Below are positions 51,965-62,284 of a stretch of 64,000 nucleotides of DNA, piece after piece (position 1 is the stretch's first letter; every line of letters begins with the position of its first letter). Origin of the DNA: an uncultured Planctomycetaceae bacterium (lineage in GTDB: Bacteria; Planctomycetota; Planctomycetia; Isosphaerales; Isosphaeraceae). Location of the stretch: NCBI GenBank assembly GCA_963833985.1, contig CAWIAD010000002.1:4288001-4352000 (forward strand), given 5' to 3'. The notes beneath the pieces were generated by a model that was given only the letters and a program-made list of their open reading frames with translations, was not told where the DNA came from and ran no database searches. A program made the translations under genes and the position numbers.

Positions 51965-53542
51965 ATGGCCACCGCCGCCGATCGTCCCCAGGCCGTCCTG
52001 CTCCGGGGCGAGGACAACGTCGCCGTGGCCGCGCGGCCGATCGCCCGCGGGTCGGTCGTGGAATTGCCGGGGCTCACCGTCGAGGTCCGCGAGCCAATCG
52101 AACTGGGCCACAAGCTCGCGCTGCGGCCGATCGCCCGCGGTGCGCCGGTGCGGAAGTACGGCCAGATCATCGGTTTCGCCGCGCGGGACATTGATGCAGG
52201 ATCGCATGTGCACGTGCATAACCTGCGAGCCGACCTGTTCGACCGCGACTACGCGTTTGCCAGCGAGCATCCACAGCAGCCGGAACCGGGGCGGCCGCGG
52301 ACGTTCCGCGGCTTTCTGAGGCCCGATGGACGGGTCGGCACGCGCAACTACATTGCGGTGATCAGCACGGTGAACTGCTCGGCCAGCACCTCCCGGCTGG
52401 TGGCCGACCGGTTCCGCGATGGAGCCTGGTGCGGGGAGTTTCCGCACGTCGACGGCGTCTTCGCGATCACCCACAAGGGAGGCTGCGGGCTACCGTTCGA
52501 GGGGCTCGACCACCAGATCCTGGAACGCGTGCTTGCAGGTTTCGCCCATCATCCGAACGTGGCCGCCTACGTGATCGTCGGCCTCGGCTGCGAGGGAGCT
52601 TACGCCCAGCACCTCGTCGAAACCCAGAGGCTCACGCTCCTCGGCGCAGATCGGGCGCTCGGTTCCGGCCGGCCATCCGGCCCGGACCGGCCCCGCGTGC
52701 TGAACATCCAGGACCAGGGTGGGATCACGGCGACCGTGGAGGCCGCCGTCACCGCGGTGCGCGAGCTGATGCCCGCGGCCAACTCATGGCGGCGCAGCGA
52801 GCAGCCGGCCGCGAAGATCTGCCTGGCCATGGAATGCGGCGGTTCCGACGGCAACTCGGGAGTGACCGCCAACCCGGCCCTGGGCGTGGCGGCCGACCTG
52901 CTGGTCGCCCAGGGCGGCTCGGCCGTACTGGGTGAGACTCCGGAGATCTACGGGGCCGAGCACTTGCTGACGCGGCGCACGGTCAGCTCCGCGGTCGGCC
53001 AGAAGCTGGTCGACCGCATCCGCTGGTGGGAGTGGTACACCGGACTCTTCGGCGCCCGCATCGACAACAATCCCTCGCCCGGCAACAAGGCCGGGGGGCT
53101 GACGACGATCTACGAGAAATCGCTGGGCGCGCTGGCCAAGTCCGGGTCCACGGCGCTGGTGGACGTGGTCGACTACGCCGCCCCGGTCCGGACGCCGGGC
53201 CTGGTCTTCATGGACACTCCCGGCTACGACCCTCCCTGCACCACCGGCCTGGTCGCCGGCGGCGCGAACGTGCTGGTCTTCACGACCGGTCGCGGCAGCG
53301 TGCTGGGCCTGAAGCCCACGCCGTGCATCAAGCTGGCCACCAACACGCCGATGTTCGAGCGCATGAGCTCCGACATGGACCTGAACGCGGGGACCATCCT
53401 GGAGGGTGAGCCCGTGGACCAAGTGGGCGGCCGGCTGTTCGAGCTGATTCTCGAAGTCGCCAGCGGGACGAAGACGCGCAGCGAGCGGCAGGAAGTGGGC
53501 GAGGAGGAGTTTGCTCCCTGGACCATCGGGCCCACGCTGTGA
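51965..53542 (+). CDS. uxaA: UxaA-family altronate/galactarate dehydratase
   Basis: SAF domain (DNVAVA, GHKLAL), GRVGTRNY, CGGSDGNSG, FTTGRG. Confidence 0.88.
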   Translation: MATAADRPQAVLLRGEDNVAVAARPIARGSVVELPGLTVEVREPIELGHKLALRPIARGAPVRKYGQIIGFAARDIDAGSHVHVHNLRADLFDRDYAFASEHPQQPEPGRPRTFRGFLRPDGRVGTRNYIAVISTVNCSASTSRLVADRFRDGAWCGEFPHVDGVFAITHKGGCGLPFEGLDHQILERVLAGFAHHPNVAAYVIVGLGCEGAYAQHLVETQRLTLLGADRALGSGRPSGPDRPRVLNIQDQGGITATVEAAVTAVRELMPAANSWRRSEQPAAKICLAMECGGSDGNSGVTANPALGVAADLLVAQGGSAVLGETPEIYGAEHLLTRRTVSSAVGQKLVDRIRWWEWYTGLFGARIDNNPSPGNKAGGLTTIYEKSLGALAKSGSTALVDVVDYAAPVRTPGLVFMDTPGYDPPCTTGLVAGGANVLVFTTGRGSVLGLKPTPCIKLATNTPMFERMSSDMDLNAGTILEGEPVDQVGGRLFELILEVASGTKTRSERQEVGEEEFAPWTIGPTL

Positions 53543-55683
53543 CGGCCCAGGCCAGGTCCATGGCCGGAGGCCTCCGCTCCGCCCGCCCGGCCCGGCACTT
53601 CCAGCCCGGCTCGTCCGCCTGGCTGCTCGCCGTCTTGGCCGTGCTCGAGCTGGCATGGCTGGGCTGGTTCCTGGTCGTACCACTGCCCAACTTCCCCAGG
53701 GAATCGGGCCCGATGCGACGGGGGTTCTTCCTGCTCAAGGCCTTGCCGGAGGTCGTCCCCGAAACGACCTGGGGCGAATCGCTCGTGGGGCAGGCGATCG
53801 GCGAACTGAGCCATCTGGAGAACCTCCCCGAGCGCGTGCCGATCATCGCCGCAACGACGCTCATTGTCGCCGGGGCGCTCGGCCTCGGCGAGCTGGTGCT
53901 GGGCCTGCTGCGGCTGCGCGACGGCCTGGCCGTCGCCGAGCGCCTGGCCGCCGATTTCGGCGTGGGCGCCTCGGTGCTGGGCGTGCTCGTGCTGCTGGCC
54001 GGTCGCGGGGGGCTGCTCGGCCCCTGGATCTTCCGGATCGGCCTGGGACTGCTGGCACTTGCCGGAGCGGCCGCTTCCGGGTTCTGGAGGCGCAAGTGGA
54101 AAGCGCCATCCCTGGATGCACAAACGCTGCTGCCAGCTCTCCTGGGCGCACCGTTCCTGCTCGTCATGTTCCTGGGCGCCATGCTTCCCGCCATCGATTT
54201 CGACGTGCTGGAATACCACCTCCAGGGGCCGAAGGAGTATTTCCTGGCTCATAGAATTGGATTTCTTGCTCATAACGTCTACACAAGCATGCCATTCGGC
54301 GTGGAGATGCTGCACCTGGCGGGGATGGTCGTCCTGGACGAATGGTGGCGGGGCGCGCTGGTGGGTCAGGTTCTGGTGGCCCTGTACGCGCCGGCGGCCG
54401 CGGTGCTCATCGCCTCGGCCACGGCGCGTCTGGGATCGCGCCGCGCGGGCGGACTGGCGGCGCTGATCTATCTTTCCACGCCCTGGATCTATCGCATGGG
54501 GGTGATCGCATACGTCGAGGGGCCGCTCTGCTTCTACCACGCCGCCTTGCTCTGGCTCGCCATTCCCGGGGGTCCGGCAGACCGCTCTGGGCCCGGGTCG
54601 CGGTGGATGTTGCTCGGGCTGCTTGCCGGCGGGGCGATGGCGTGCAAGTACCCGGCATTGATCTCCGCCGTCCTGCCCGTGGGCCTGCTGGCGATCGCAG
54701 CCGGCTGGAGCCGGCGCAGTCCTCGACCGGTGCTGGCGTACATTCTGGGCTGGTCCATCGTGATGGCTCCCTGGCTGGCGAAGAACGTCATGGACGCGGG
54801 CAATCCGGTCTATCCTCTGGCGTACGAGGTGTTCGGCGGCTCGAACTGGAACGAGGCCCGGCAATTCCAGTGGCAGACGGTGCACGGTCCCCGGCAGGCC
54901 ACGGCCGGTGCGCTCTGGAATAGCCTCGTCGACGTTGCCGGACGATCTGACTGGCAGTCGCCGCTTTATCTGGCCTTCGCCCCGCTGGCGCTGCTTCGCC
55001 CCGGCAGTCGCCGCCTGGTCCTTTGCTTGTGGGGCTACGCTGCGTACCTGTTCTGCACATGGTTCCTGCTCACCCACCGTATCGATCGGTTCTGGCTCCC
55101 CCTGCTCCCTTGCCTGGCCATCCTGGCGGGCCTGGGCGCGGACTGGTCTGACCGCTGGCCCTGGAGAATACTCCGCGCCATGGTCCTGGCCGTCGCCCTC
55201 TGCTGCAACTTCCTCGATTGCAGCACAGCGCTTACGGGTCTCAACGAGTGGACGGGAAACCTGGCCTCGCTCCGCCACGACCTGCCGCGCCGGCTCAACC
55301 CTCCGCTGGCGGCCGTCGACCAGTCGCTGCCCGCCGATGCGAGAATACTCTCCGTCGGCCAGGCGGCCGTGTTCCACGTCGAGCACGACATTCTCTACAA
55401 TACCGTGTTCAACCCCGAACGGATCGAACTCCTGGCCAGAGGCAAGACGCCGCAGGAGTTTCACCACGCACTCAAGGAACGCGGCGTCACGCATATCTAT
55501 GTCGACTGGAAAGAAATCAAGCGGCATCGCGCACCAGGCGGCTACGGCTTCACGGACTTCGTGACCCACGAGCTTTTCGCCGCATGGGTGGACGCTGGGG
55601 TCCTGAACGGGCCGGTGCCCATCGTGATCGATGCTCGGACAGGACGATTCGCAACCGAGCAAGAGCTGTACCCGGTTCGCTGA
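53539..55683 (+). CDS. Polytopic membrane protein, ArnT/GT-C-like glycosyltransferase
   Basis: Many TMs; FDVLEYHL..PK, AMACKYPA, KN....GNPVYP, DRFWLP. Confidence 0.6.
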   Translation: MTAQARSMAGGLRSARPARHFQPGSSAWLLAVLAVLELAWLGWFLVVPLPNFPRESGPMRRGFFLLKALPEVVPETTWGESLVGQAIGELSHLENLPERVPIIAATTLIVAGALGLGELVLGLLRLRDGLAVAERLAADFGVGASVLGVLVLLAGRGGLLGPWIFRIGLGLLALAGAAASGFWRRKWKAPSLDAQTLLPALLGAPFLLVMFLGAMLPAIDFDVLEYHLQGPKEYFLAHRIGFLAHNVYTSMPFGVEMLHLAGMVVLDEWWRGALVGQVLVALYAPAAAVLIASATARLGSRRAGGLAALIYLSTPWIYRMGVIAYVEGPLCFYHAALLWLAIPGGPADRSGPGSRWMLLGLLAGGAMACKYPALISAVLPVGLLAIAAGWSRRSPRPVLAYILGWSIVMAPWLAKNVMDAGNPVYPLAYEVFGGSNWNEARQFQWQTVHGPRQATAGALWNSLVDVAGRSDWQSPLYLAFAPLALLRPGSRRLVLCLWGYAAYLFCTWFLLTHRIDRFWLPLLPCLAILAGLGADWSDRWPWRILRAMVLAVALCCNFLDCSTALTGLNEWTGNLASLRHDLPRRLNPPLAAVDQSLPADARILSVGQAAVFHVEHDILYNTVFNPERIELLARGKTPQEFHHALKERGVTHIYVDWKEIKRHRAPGGYGFTDFVTHELFAAWVDAGVLNGPVPIVIDARTGRFATEQELYPVR

Positions 55684-55854
55684 GCACCCCCCTTTGGCAA
55701 GGTTGGGGGCCGCAGCGGAGCGTGCCAGCGGAAAACACGCTTCGCGCTTGCTCATCTCTGGGTTACGATCTGGCCGCCTGGACCCGTCACGACGGCTGGT
55801 CCAGGCCCGCGAGCACACGCGCACGGCCGACGATTCTCTCAGGGAGGTTCACGG

Positions 55855-56658
55855 ATGACGATCTACGACGCGGCGATGGCCATCGTCATGGTGCTGGGGA
55901 TGGTACGGGGCGCCTGGAGAGGATTCACCTGGCAGGTGGCGAGCATTGTCTCGCTCATCATGGGCTACGCGACGGCCCACCGGGTGTCGCCCCAGCTTGC
56001 GCCTCACTTGCCCGGCGAGCCGGAAATGCAGCGCGTGCTGGCAATGGCCCTGCTCTACATCGCCGTCTCGGCCGGCATCTTCGGCGTCGCCTGGATGGTT
56101 CGCGGAACGTTGCGCAAACTCAAGTTCGAGGCCTACGATCGTCACCTGGGCATGCTGCTGGGCGGACTCGAGGGAGTCGGGGTCGGCCTGCTGGCCACGC
56201 TCTTCGTGGTCAGCCTGGCGCCCGCCACGCGAGCGCCAATCTTCACCAGCGGCACGGGCCGGCTGGTCGGGACGGTCATGAACGACCTGGGGCCCGTCCT
56301 CCCCGAGGAGGTCCGCAAGGTGCTTGCCCCGCACTGGGATGGATCGATGGCGCTGTCGAGTCCGCTGAGCCCGGCGGCCGAGACAGCGGCCGCGCTCCCG
56401 CCCGTGCGCGAGGCCGATGAGGACGGCGCCCTCGAGGTGCCCGGGTCCGCGCCGCGCTCGCTGCCGGGGCTCGCGTCCGCGGGCGGCGATGACCGGGCGG
56501 TGCGGCAAGCGGCGGCCGGAGGAACGCTTCCGGCCAGTCCGGGCGACGGCTTGCGTGGGCAGACCCGCAGAGTGGAGCGGGCCGTTCTCCACGAGATCGG
56601 CCAGCAACTGGACCAGCTTCAAACCCCGGCTCCGTCCCGCACGCAGGCCCCAAGATGA
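55855..56658 (+). CDS. CvpA family protein
   Basis: YD...GMVRGAWRGF; YDRHLGMLLGGLEG. Confidence 0.8.
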   Translation: MTIYDAAMAIVMVLGMVRGAWRGFTWQVASIVSLIMGYATAHRVSPQLAPHLPGEPEMQRVLAMALLYIAVSAGIFGVAWMVRGTLRKLKFEAYDRHLGMLLGGLEGVGVGLLATLFVVSLAPATRAPIFTSGTGRLVGTVMNDLGPVLPEEVRKVLAPHWDGSMALSSPLSPAAETAAALPPVREADEDGALEVPGSAPRSLPGLASAGGDDRAVRQAAAGGTLPASPGDGLRGQTRRVERAVLHEIGQQLDQLQTPAPSRTQAPR

Positions 56659-56879
56659 GTGCCACTCCCGAGTTGACGCTCGTAGTGGGCGACCGCCCCA
56701 TCAATCTCACCCAGGTGCTCAAGCTCTCGGGATGCGTCGAGAGTGGTGGCGAGGCGAAGCTGCTCATCGGTGCGGGGCACGTACGTGTCAACGGTGATGT
56801 CGACCTCCGCAAGCGCCGTCAAATGGCCGTCGGAGACGTGGTGCAGTTGCCGGACGGCACCACGATCCGGCTCGTCTGA
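56655..56879 (+). CDS. S4-domain RNA-binding protein (YaaA/YbcJ-like)
   Basis: INLTQVLKLSG.VESGGEAK..I..G.VRVNG. Confidence 0.88.
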   Translation: MSATPELTLVVGDRPINLTQVLKLSGCVESGGEAKLLIGAGHVRVNGDVDLRKRRQMAVGDVVQLPDGTTIRLV

Positions 56880-56896
56880 ATCTCACCCCTCGCAAC

Positions 56897-56912
56897 TGGC
56901 ATGATACTTGCT
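56897..56912 (+). promoter_or_regulatory. Putative sigma54 promoter for egtD
   Basis: TGGCATGATACTTGCT (GG-N10-GC), about 160 nt upstream of egtD. Confidence 0.65.
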
Positions 56913-57071
56913 TGAACGATGGTCTCGCCCGGTCGTGGGGCGCGGACGCTCACTCATGCAAGCGTGGACAGCCTCTTTCCCGGCTGCCTACAATCCACAA
57001 GCGGCAGGGATCGCCTCCTCGACCCCCAATTTGATCGTGCAGCCGAGATCTCATCCTCCGGGAGGTGTCCC

Positions 57072-58148
57072 TTGGCGGTCAATCCGCAACTGACCGGCTC
57101 TTCCAGTACCCTGTCTCGGACTCGCTGGCCGCGCATCATCCGCCTCGCCGAGCCACTGGACGCCCGTGACTCGACGTCGCGTTTTGCCGCGGCCGTGCGG
57201 TCGGGTTTGAGCGGTCAGCCGAAGAGCCTGCCCTGGTCTTATTTTTATGATGCCGAAGGATCGCGTTTGTTCGACGAGATCTGCAAGCTTCCCGAATATT
57301 ATTTGACGCGGACCGAGGATGGGATCCTCCGCAGGCATGCCGACGCGATGGTGGCGCTGCTGGCCTCCAGCCCCGGGCAAGGAACGGAGCCGACCATTGT
57401 CGAGCTGGGCAGCGGGAGTGCGGTGAAGACCCAGCGGCTCCTCTCTGCGGCGCTGCGGCAGCACCACCAGGTTCATTATGTTCCCATCGACGTCTCACCA
57501 CAGGCCCTTGAAGACTCGGCAGAGACTCTCAGCCGCCGGTTTGCAGGCGTTCGCGTGACGGGCTATGTGGGCGACTACCGGCGCGGGCTCGAACGCATCA
57601 TGGCGCGCGCCGAGGGTCCGCGCCTCATCGTCTTTTTGGGGTCAAGCCTGGGTAATTATGATCATGAAGCAGCGCTCGAGCTTCTGCGAATGGTCGGGCG
57701 GACCATGCGGCCGGGAGACGGCTTGCTCATGGGGACCGATCTCGCCAAGGAGCGGGCACTCCTGGAATTCGCCTACAACGATTCGCGTGGGGTGACGGCC
57801 GCGTTCAACATGAACCTGCTGCGGCGGATCAACCGGGAACTCCAGGCCGATTTCGATCTGGAGCACTTTGAACACCTGGCCTACTACGTCGACCATCCCC
57901 AGCGCGGGCACGTGGCGATTCACCTGCGTTCCAGGGTGAATCAGACCGTGCACATCCAGGCCGCGGGCACGAAGGTCGAGCTGGCGGCCGGGGAACTGAT
58001 CCACACCGAGAAATCCCACAAATACACGCTCGACGCGCTGGCCGAGCTGCGCAGGTCCGCCGGGTTCGAGGAGGCCGGAGCGTGGACCGACGAGCGCGGC
58101 TGGTTCCGCGTCCAGCTCTGGTGCCCCGCGGATGGCCCGGGGCTATGA
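57072..58148 (+). CDS. egtD: L-histidine N(alpha)-methyltransferase
   Basis: TTG start after GGAGG; PKSLP..YFYD..GS.LF, PEYYLTRTE, ELGSGS, FLGSSLGN, AYND..GVTAAFN, IHTE.SHKY. Confidence 0.9.
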   Translation: MAVNPQLTGSSSTLSRTRWPRIIRLAEPLDARDSTSRFAAAVRSGLSGQPKSLPWSYFYDAEGSRLFDEICKLPEYYLTRTEDGILRRHADAMVALLASSPGQGTEPTIVELGSGSAVKTQRLLSAALRQHHQVHYVPIDVSPQALEDSAETLSRRFAGVRVTGYVGDYRRGLERIMARAEGPRLIVFLGSSLGNYDHEAALELLRMVGRTMRPGDGLLMGTDLAKERALLEFAYNDSRGVTAAFNMNLLRRINRELQADFDLEHFEHLAYYVDHPQRGHVAIHLRSRVNQTVHIQAAGTKVELAAGELIHTEKSHKYTLDALAELRRSAGFEEAGAWTDERGWFRVQLWCPADGPGL

Positions 58149-58185
58149 AGGGCGGGGCGCAGCACGCGGGTGCCGTGGCGGACCG

Positions 58186-58404
58186 TCACTCCAGCTTGGC
58201 GTCACCGCTTTTCACGCAGTCGAGGTCGGCCAGCGAGACGCAGCCGGCGGGGAGCTCCGCATCGTCGACGAGCATGTTCGGGATGTCGTCCTCGACCGCG
58301 AACCGAGTGCCGCAGCGCGTGCAGATCAGCACGTCGTCTTCCTGACGCAGACGGGCTCTGCCGATCGGGCACACCAGAAGCTCGAGAAAGTCTTCCTTCA
58401 GCAT
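58186..58404 (-). CDS. Trm112 family protein
   Basis: LELLVCP...LIC..C...FAVEDDIPNMLVDDA. Confidence 0.85.
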   Translation of the reverse strand: MLKEDFLELLVCPIGRARLRQEDDVLICTRCGTRFAVEDDIPNMLVDDAELPAGCVSLADLDCVKSGDAKLE

Positions 58405-58735
58405 GGCAACGTCTCCTCCTGCATGGCCTCCGGCCATGAACCGCCGGCCTGGCCGCGGCGTCCTTCCCCGGCGCGAGTCTTCAGGCTACAGAGCCTGCAA
58501 GATCGCTATTATGTAATGAGCGCGCCGCGGAATGAAGCCGAATCCCTCCAGGCAATTGCTGGCGTCCCCCGGACACGGTGGTCCAGGTCCAGGGCCCTCA
58601 AAGCCCTCTGGGCTGGTCCGCGCCGGCATTCCCGGTCATAATCGCGAGACGGGCGATGGCGGTCTGCCGGGAAGCGCTCCACCGCGGAGCGTCCGCCGCG
58701 AATGCCCTGTCCGGGTGGATCTCGAACCAGGACCC

Positions 58736-59779
58736 ATGCCATACGTCGTACGCTACGGCCGGATGAGGTTCCTTGGCGAGCTCACCGATCCGCACGATCG
58801 GATTCATTGCCGGGGGGACCGGGTGGTGATTCGCACCGACCGCGGGACCGAGCTCGGCGAGGTGCTCTGCCCGGCAACGGAGCGCACCGCGCAATACCTG
58901 GAACAAGCCGCGACCGGGGAGATTCTCCGGCAAGCCACCGAGGAAGACCTGGAACACGGGCTCGCGCTCGAGCAAGCCCAGGCAAGGACCTTCGAGGTGG
59001 GCCAGGAGTTGATCGCCAAACGCAGCCTCCAGATGAACCTGGTGGACGTGGAGATGATCCTGGGCCGGGAACGGATCGTCTTTTATTACCTGGCCGAGAA
59101 GCGCGTCGATTTCCGGGAGCTGGTCAAGGACCTGGCGCGTGCCCTGCGCACCCGGATCGAGATGCGGCAGATCGGTGTGCGCGACGAGGCCAAGCTGCTG
59201 GCCGATTACGGGGACTGTGGCAAGCCGGTCTGCTGCAATACCCACCTCACGGCGATGCCGCCGGTCTCCATGAAGATGGCCAAGCTCCAGAAGAGCACGC
59301 TCGACCCGGCCAAGATCTCGGGCCGGTGCGGTCGGCTCAAATGCTGCCTGCGGTACGAGTTTGACACCTATCGCGAGCTGGAACAGCAGCTTCCCGCGAT
59401 CGGCTCCGTGGTGCTCACCTCGAAGGGCCGCGGACGGGTGGTCGCCCAGGAGATCCTGGCACAGAAGCTGGTGGTCGAGTACGACGAGCATCGCCGGATC
59501 ATCATCGGTCCGGCCGAGGTGCTGAGCGTCGAATCCACCCGCGGCCGGCACGCCCATTCGAGCCAGCCCGGCATTTCCCGGGCTGAAGACCCGGCTCTTA
59601 GCAGGAGCGTCTCCGAGCCGGACGAGGAAACCGAGCATGACGATGACCCGTGGACCGGGACCGCCACCGGACCGATGCCCGGCGATGTGCCGCCCACGCC
59701 GCCCTCCGCCAGACCCGGGCCGCGGCGTGGTGATGAGCCCGGCACCGGTCCCCTGCGCGGCGATCGGCGGGGAGGTTGA
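58736..59779 (+). CDS. PSP1/RicT (YaaT) family Fe-S regulatory protein
   Basis: RVDFRELVKDL, RQIGVRDEAK, CGKPVCC, KISGRCGRLKCCLRYE. Confidence 0.9.
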   Translation: MPYVVRYGRMRFLGELTDPHDRIHCRGDRVVIRTDRGTELGEVLCPATERTAQYLEQAATGEILRQATEEDLEHGLALEQAQARTFEVGQELIAKRSLQMNLVDVEMILGRERIVFYYLAEKRVDFRELVKDLARALRTRIEMRQIGVRDEAKLLADYGDCGKPVCCNTHLTAMPPVSMKMAKLQKSTLDPAKISGRCGRLKCCLRYEFDTYRELEQQLPAIGSVVLTSKGRGRVVAQEILAQKLVVEYDEHRRIIIGPAEVLSVESTRGRHAHSSQPGISRAEDPALSRSVSEPDEETEHDDDPWTGTATGPMPGDVPPTPPSARPGPRRGDEPGTGPLRGDRRGG

Positions 59780-59786
59780 TGAGCCG

Positions 59787-60239
59787 ATGAATCTGCGCGA
59801 CCAGCTTGCCCGTGTGATCGCCCGCGACCCGCGCTACACGATCGAGTCGTATGCCTTCGTGCTCGAGGCGCTCCGCGAGGCACGCAACCAGAAGCTCAAG
59901 CGGAAGCGAAGGAAGCGCGATCAGGAACGGGCCGTGGGAGGCCGCAAACCCGCGCACGCGGCAGTTCCCGGAGCACCACCCGGCGATCCCTCGGGCCATG
60001 TGACCGGCCGTGAACTCTGCCACGCCGCCAGGCGGCTGGCCGTCGGCTATTACGGCATGCTGGCCATCACGGTCCTGGATCAGTGGGGCATTCGCTCCAC
60101 GTCCGACATCGGCGAGATCGTCTACAACCTGATCGCGTCGGGCGATCTGGACAGGACTCCGAACGATCAGCGGTCCGACTTCGACCACGTCTTCGACTTC
60201 GCCAAGGCGCTGCGGCCGAAGTCCCTGCTCGAGGAATAA
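59787..60239 (+). CDS. Minf_1886 family protein (PVC-type)
   Basis: DPRY...Y.FV.EAL, HVTGRELC, WGIRSTSDIGEIVYNLI. Confidence 0.82.
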   Translation: MNLRDQLARVIARDPRYTIESYAFVLEALREARNQKLKRKRRKRDQERAVGGRKPAHAAVPGAPPGDPSGHVTGRELCHAARRLAVGYYGMLAITVLDQWGIRSTSDIGEIVYNLIASGDLDRTPNDQRSDFDHVFDFAKALRPKSLLEE

Positions 60240-60243
60240 GCCG

Positions 60244-60420
60244 ATGGCCTGGAGTCTGGCTCGGAAACGGTTCGTCGCGGCGTTGGGAGTGTTCGTCCTC
60301 TGGGTGGCCGCCCTGTGCATGTTGGCGTGGATCTCGGCGCGGCCGCCGGCCGCCCGCGATGCCCCCGTCGAGGGCCTTTCGCCCGCTCCGGGCACCGCCA
60401 GCCGGGCTGCGGAGCACTAG
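60244..60420 (+). CDS. Small single-TM protein (58 aa)
   Basis: MAWSLARKRFVAALGVFVLWVAALCMLAWISARPP..., starting 4 nt after the upstream stop. Below the ORF track cut-off. Confidence 0.55.
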   Translation: MAWSLARKRFVAALGVFVLWVAALCMLAWISARPPAARDAPVEGLSPAPGTASRAAEH

Positions 60421-60450
60421 CCCGACGGCCTCCCGCGCGCGGCGGTCGCA

Positions 60451-62040
60451 TCACCCGAGCGTCAGGTCGAACCGGCTCACCGATGCCGGCGGCAGCACGC
60501 AGTGCAGCTCCGCGCCGCGCAGTTCTGTGACGGTGGACCGCGGCACGACGGTCTCCGGCCGGTCGAAGGTATTGTGAGCGTTCAGCTCGCGATGCGACAG
60601 CACCGTCTGCGCGACGACCCGCGCTGCACCGCCTCGGAGCCGGATCGTCACCTCGGCCTGCTCGCTGGCATGCGTGTGCACCAGAGTAAGCGTGGCGTGC
60701 TGATCGTCGGCCCGCGAGGCGGAGCCGGCAATCCGGAAGAGCCGCGTCGGACGCGGACCGGGGCCGAATTCCAGGTCGGCCGCCTGCACGTCCAGACGCA
60801 CGGCCCGCGCCGCCTGGTGCGGCCGGTACATCTCGAACACGTGGAAGCTGGGTGTGGCCACGAACCGGTCGCCGTCGGCCAGGAACAGCGAATGAAGGTT
60901 GTTCACCAGTTGCGCCACACACGCCATGTCCACCTTGTCGGCGTGCCGGTTGAACGTGTCCAGTGTGAGCGCGGCCACGAGGGCGTCGCGCAATGTGCCC
61001 ATCTGCTCGAACAGGTGCGAGGGGTTGATCTCGGTGCCCGCCGGATGCCAGCTTCCCCATTCGTCGACCACCAGCTTGATGGAGTGCGCCGGATCGAAGA
61101 GACCCAGAACCGCCCACTGGTCGCGGATCAGCTTCTCCATCTGGTCCGCCTTGTGGAGCTGCTCGTACCACTGGTCGGTGCTGAACTTCAAGGCGTGGCC
61201 AGTGGTTCCGCAATAATAATGGGGTGCCCAGCCCTGGATCGGCGCCTTGGTGCCGTCGGCCCACTTGGTGAAGAACCGGCGCGTCCACTCGACATCATTG
61301 CTGTTGGGCCCGGCCGCGATCAGGTAGAGCTTCACGCCGTACTCGGGCAGCCACTCGGTGAACTTGCGGTATTCCCGGCAGTAGTCCTCGGGCGTGAACT
61401 TGCCCCCGCAGCCCCAGCTCTCGTTCCCCACGCCCCAGTAGCGGATGCCCAGCGGAGCGCGCTCGCCGTTCGCCTCACGCTCCGCGGCCAGAGTTGTGGA
61501 GCCCGCGGGCGCATTGCAGTACTCGACCCACTGCTGGTACTCCTCCGGTGAGCCGGTGCCCACATTGGCCGCGAAATAAGGCTCGGCCCCGCAGAGCCGG
61601 CAGAATCGCATGAACTCATGAGTGCCGAACGTGTTCGGCTCGGTCACCTCGCGCCAGCGGCCGAACCGCCTGGGCCGCGAGCCAACCGGTCCGATGCCGT
61701 CGCGCCAGTGGTAACGATCAGCAAAGCAGCCTCCGGGCCATCGAATGGCAATCTTCCCGAGCCGCTTCACATGCTCGACCAGCTTGGTGCGGATGCCGCC
61801 GTTGTTGGCAACCCTGGAATCCGGCCCGACCCAGATGCCGTCGTAGATCACCCCGCCAATATGCTCGGTGAACTGGCTGTAGATCTCCGGTCGGATGGTC
61901 GCGATCGGCTCATCGAGCAGCACCGTGACCGAGAGAGCCGGAGCACTTGCCCGCGCCGCGGTGACCCGACTCAGCGCCGCACCCGAACCTCCCAGCACCG
62001 CCGCTCCCGCCACTCCCTGCAACATCGTCCGACGATTCAT
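60451..62040 (-). CDS. Alpha-L-arabinofuranosidase (GH51), Tat-exported
   Basis: MNRRTML signal; IRWPGGCFAD.YHW.DGIGP, WGVGNE, LVVDEWG.W, AQLVN.L. Confidence 0.92.
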   Translation of the reverse strand: MNRRTMLQGVAGAAVLGGSGAALSRVTAARASAPALSVTVLLDEPIATIRPEIYSQFTEHIGGVIYDGIWVGPDSRVANNGGIRTKLVEHVKRLGKIAIRWPGGCFADRYHWRDGIGPVGSRPRRFGRWREVTEPNTFGTHEFMRFCRLCGAEPYFAANVGTGSPEEYQQWVEYCNAPAGSTTLAAEREANGERAPLGIRYWGVGNESWGCGGKFTPEDYCREYRKFTEWLPEYGVKLYLIAAGPNSNDVEWTRRFFTKWADGTKAPIQGWAPHYYCGTTGHALKFSTDQWYEQLHKADQMEKLIRDQWAVLGLFDPAHSIKLVVDEWGSWHPAGTEINPSHLFEQMGTLRDALVAALTLDTFNRHADKVDMACVAQLVNNLHSLFLADGDRFVATPSFHVFEMYRPHQAARAVRLDVQAADLEFGPGPRPTRLFRIAGSASRADDQHATLTLVHTHASEQAEVTIRLRGGAARVVAQTVLSHRELNAHNTFDRPETVVPRSTVTELRGAELHCVLPPASVSRFDLTLG

Positions 62041-62207
62041 GACGCCCCCATCGCTTCTGGTCTGCACCTTCCACAACGACCGTCAGTCTCGCGTTCGACC
62101 CTGCAAACGAATCTAACCGTGGCTGCACTCCGGAGCCAGCCCTCAGAACGGCCTACCGCCCTCTCACGGTGATCGATTTCCGAGCCGGCCCGCGCGGCGC
62201 GAACCTC

Positions 62208-62223
62208 CGGCACGCCAGTTGCT
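62208..62223 (+). promoter_or_regulatory. Putative sigma54 promoter
   Basis: CGGCACGCCAGTTGCT (GG-N10-GC), about 60 nt upstream of the ATG at 62285. Confidence 0.55.
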
Positions 62224-62284
62224 TGATACATTAGTACAGTATGGCGATCGACTGAATCACAGGGCTCAAGATGGAGGAAGGTTG

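Noticed and set aside
6481..58148. selD plus egtD as a selenoneine cluster
   Set aside because: They are about 50 kb apart, and no senA or senB is present in the window.
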